A stretch of 64,000 nt of DNA from Lama glama (Eukaryota), in contig JAPYYK010000117.1 in the NCBI GenBank assembly GCA_028534125.1, positions 558,001-622,000 of the forward strand. Direction: 5' to 3'. The notes under the pieces are model-generated. The model saw nothing but the letters and a program-made list of their open reading frames with translations. It searched no databases and was not told the DNA's origin. How positions within the stretch are numbered: position 1 is the first letter of the stretch; every line of letters begins with the position of its first letter. Below, piece by piece: positions 63,073-64,000 of this stretch. Both the position numbers and the translations under genes were made by a program.

Positions 63073-64000
63073 GGCGCAGTGGGAGAAGATGATGAAAGTT
63101 GCACTCTGATGACTAGTGATGATTTTGGCTTCAGTCAAGAAAAGTAGCCCCATTGTTATTCAGCATGTTAATTTTGGAGAGGGAAAAAAGCCGATGTTTT
63201 GGACATCTCCTTTTCGTTGACTCAAACCTAATGTGTAGATTTAGTGTGCTTTTTATCAGTCATGCAGCTCAGTTACAGTTTAGGGTAGCAAGTTTGGACA
63301 CAATGAAAAAGAGGAATAAAAATATTTTTATACCTACATTGTACGTTTCTCACAAGAGTTTCCAAGTGTAATTACCCATGAATTTCATCCAAAAATCTTC
63401 AACTGTGCAAATCTTATATTTGGTTACTGGCTAATCAGGATTGGGCACAAGTCCAGTGTGTAAGTTACTTAAATAGGCAGGGACAGACATTCCAAGCAAA
63501 AGGAGTGATGATTCCTACCAAGATTTTACATTTTTTATTATCATCCAGGTAATCAAACATAGGACTCCCTGTCCAACTAGCATTCCTCCTTTACTGAGTT
63601 TCCCTTTAGCAGCCTGTTTGGGTCTGTTTACTCTGGCTGGCTTTTGTGGAAACCACAAAAGAAATGAGATGCAGTCTCTGCCTTCATGAAACCGGTAAGT
63701 CAGGTGGAATTAACGTACCTGATACAAATAAAAATCCACAAACCCTTAGGCTGGTGGTACTGGGAACAGAAATCTCTGAGTCTGGCATACGTGTGTGAAC
63801 TAGAGCTGCATCTTGACAAGTGAGGTGGATGTGGGTAGGCAGATAGGGATAAAGGATTGGATGGTAGGTGGATTGAATAGTATGACAGAACACAGAGGTC
63901 TTATCTGGTGGTGCCAGAAATAGACTTTATAGACTGAGATTTTCTTTTTCGGGTAAAAAGCCCGGGTTCTAGAGTCAGGCAGAACTGCATTTGACTCCTG

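Noticed and set aside
25-63893. The 60-130 aa ORFs in the six-frame track as host protein-coding genes
   Set aside because: They are short, many start at non-ATG codons, show no recognisable domains and often lie within repeats. This is the expected background for mammalian non-coding DNA. The twin ORFs merely reflect the inverted duplication.

Overview
Mammalian non-coding genomic DNA, AT-rich and CpG-poor. It is most likely camelid, judged from recalled L1 3' UTR sequence and the absence of Alu, BovB/Bov-tA, PRE1 and SINEC. I find no convincing host CDS, RNA gene or CRISPR array. The only ORFs with recognisable protein similarity are LINE-1 ORF2 C-terminal remnants. The dominant structure is an apparently perfect inverted duplication: 1-8917 is the reverse complement of 9217-18133, folded around a 216-N gap (8918-9133) and a young L1 3' end. 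An assembly or scaffolding artifact is the most likely cause, and a real palindrome is possible but less likely. The rest is an old-repeat landscape (MIR, L2, L3, L1M, MLT1/MLT2/LTR16A, Tigger2, MER5A, MER20) with a few lineage-specific L1 ends, probably inside a large + strand intron. The best biological leads are an internally deleted, TSD-flanked mini-L1 at 33.35-33.61 kb, a candidate 24-nt micro/cryptic exon at 58403-58426, and a strong orphan 3' splice site at 20711. The mini-L1 junction coincides exactly with the point where the left palindrome arm stops. I do not see a supportable novel multi-gene system. Repeat names are recalled from consensus sequences without a database search, and boundaries are approximate unless TSDs or TIRs are given.
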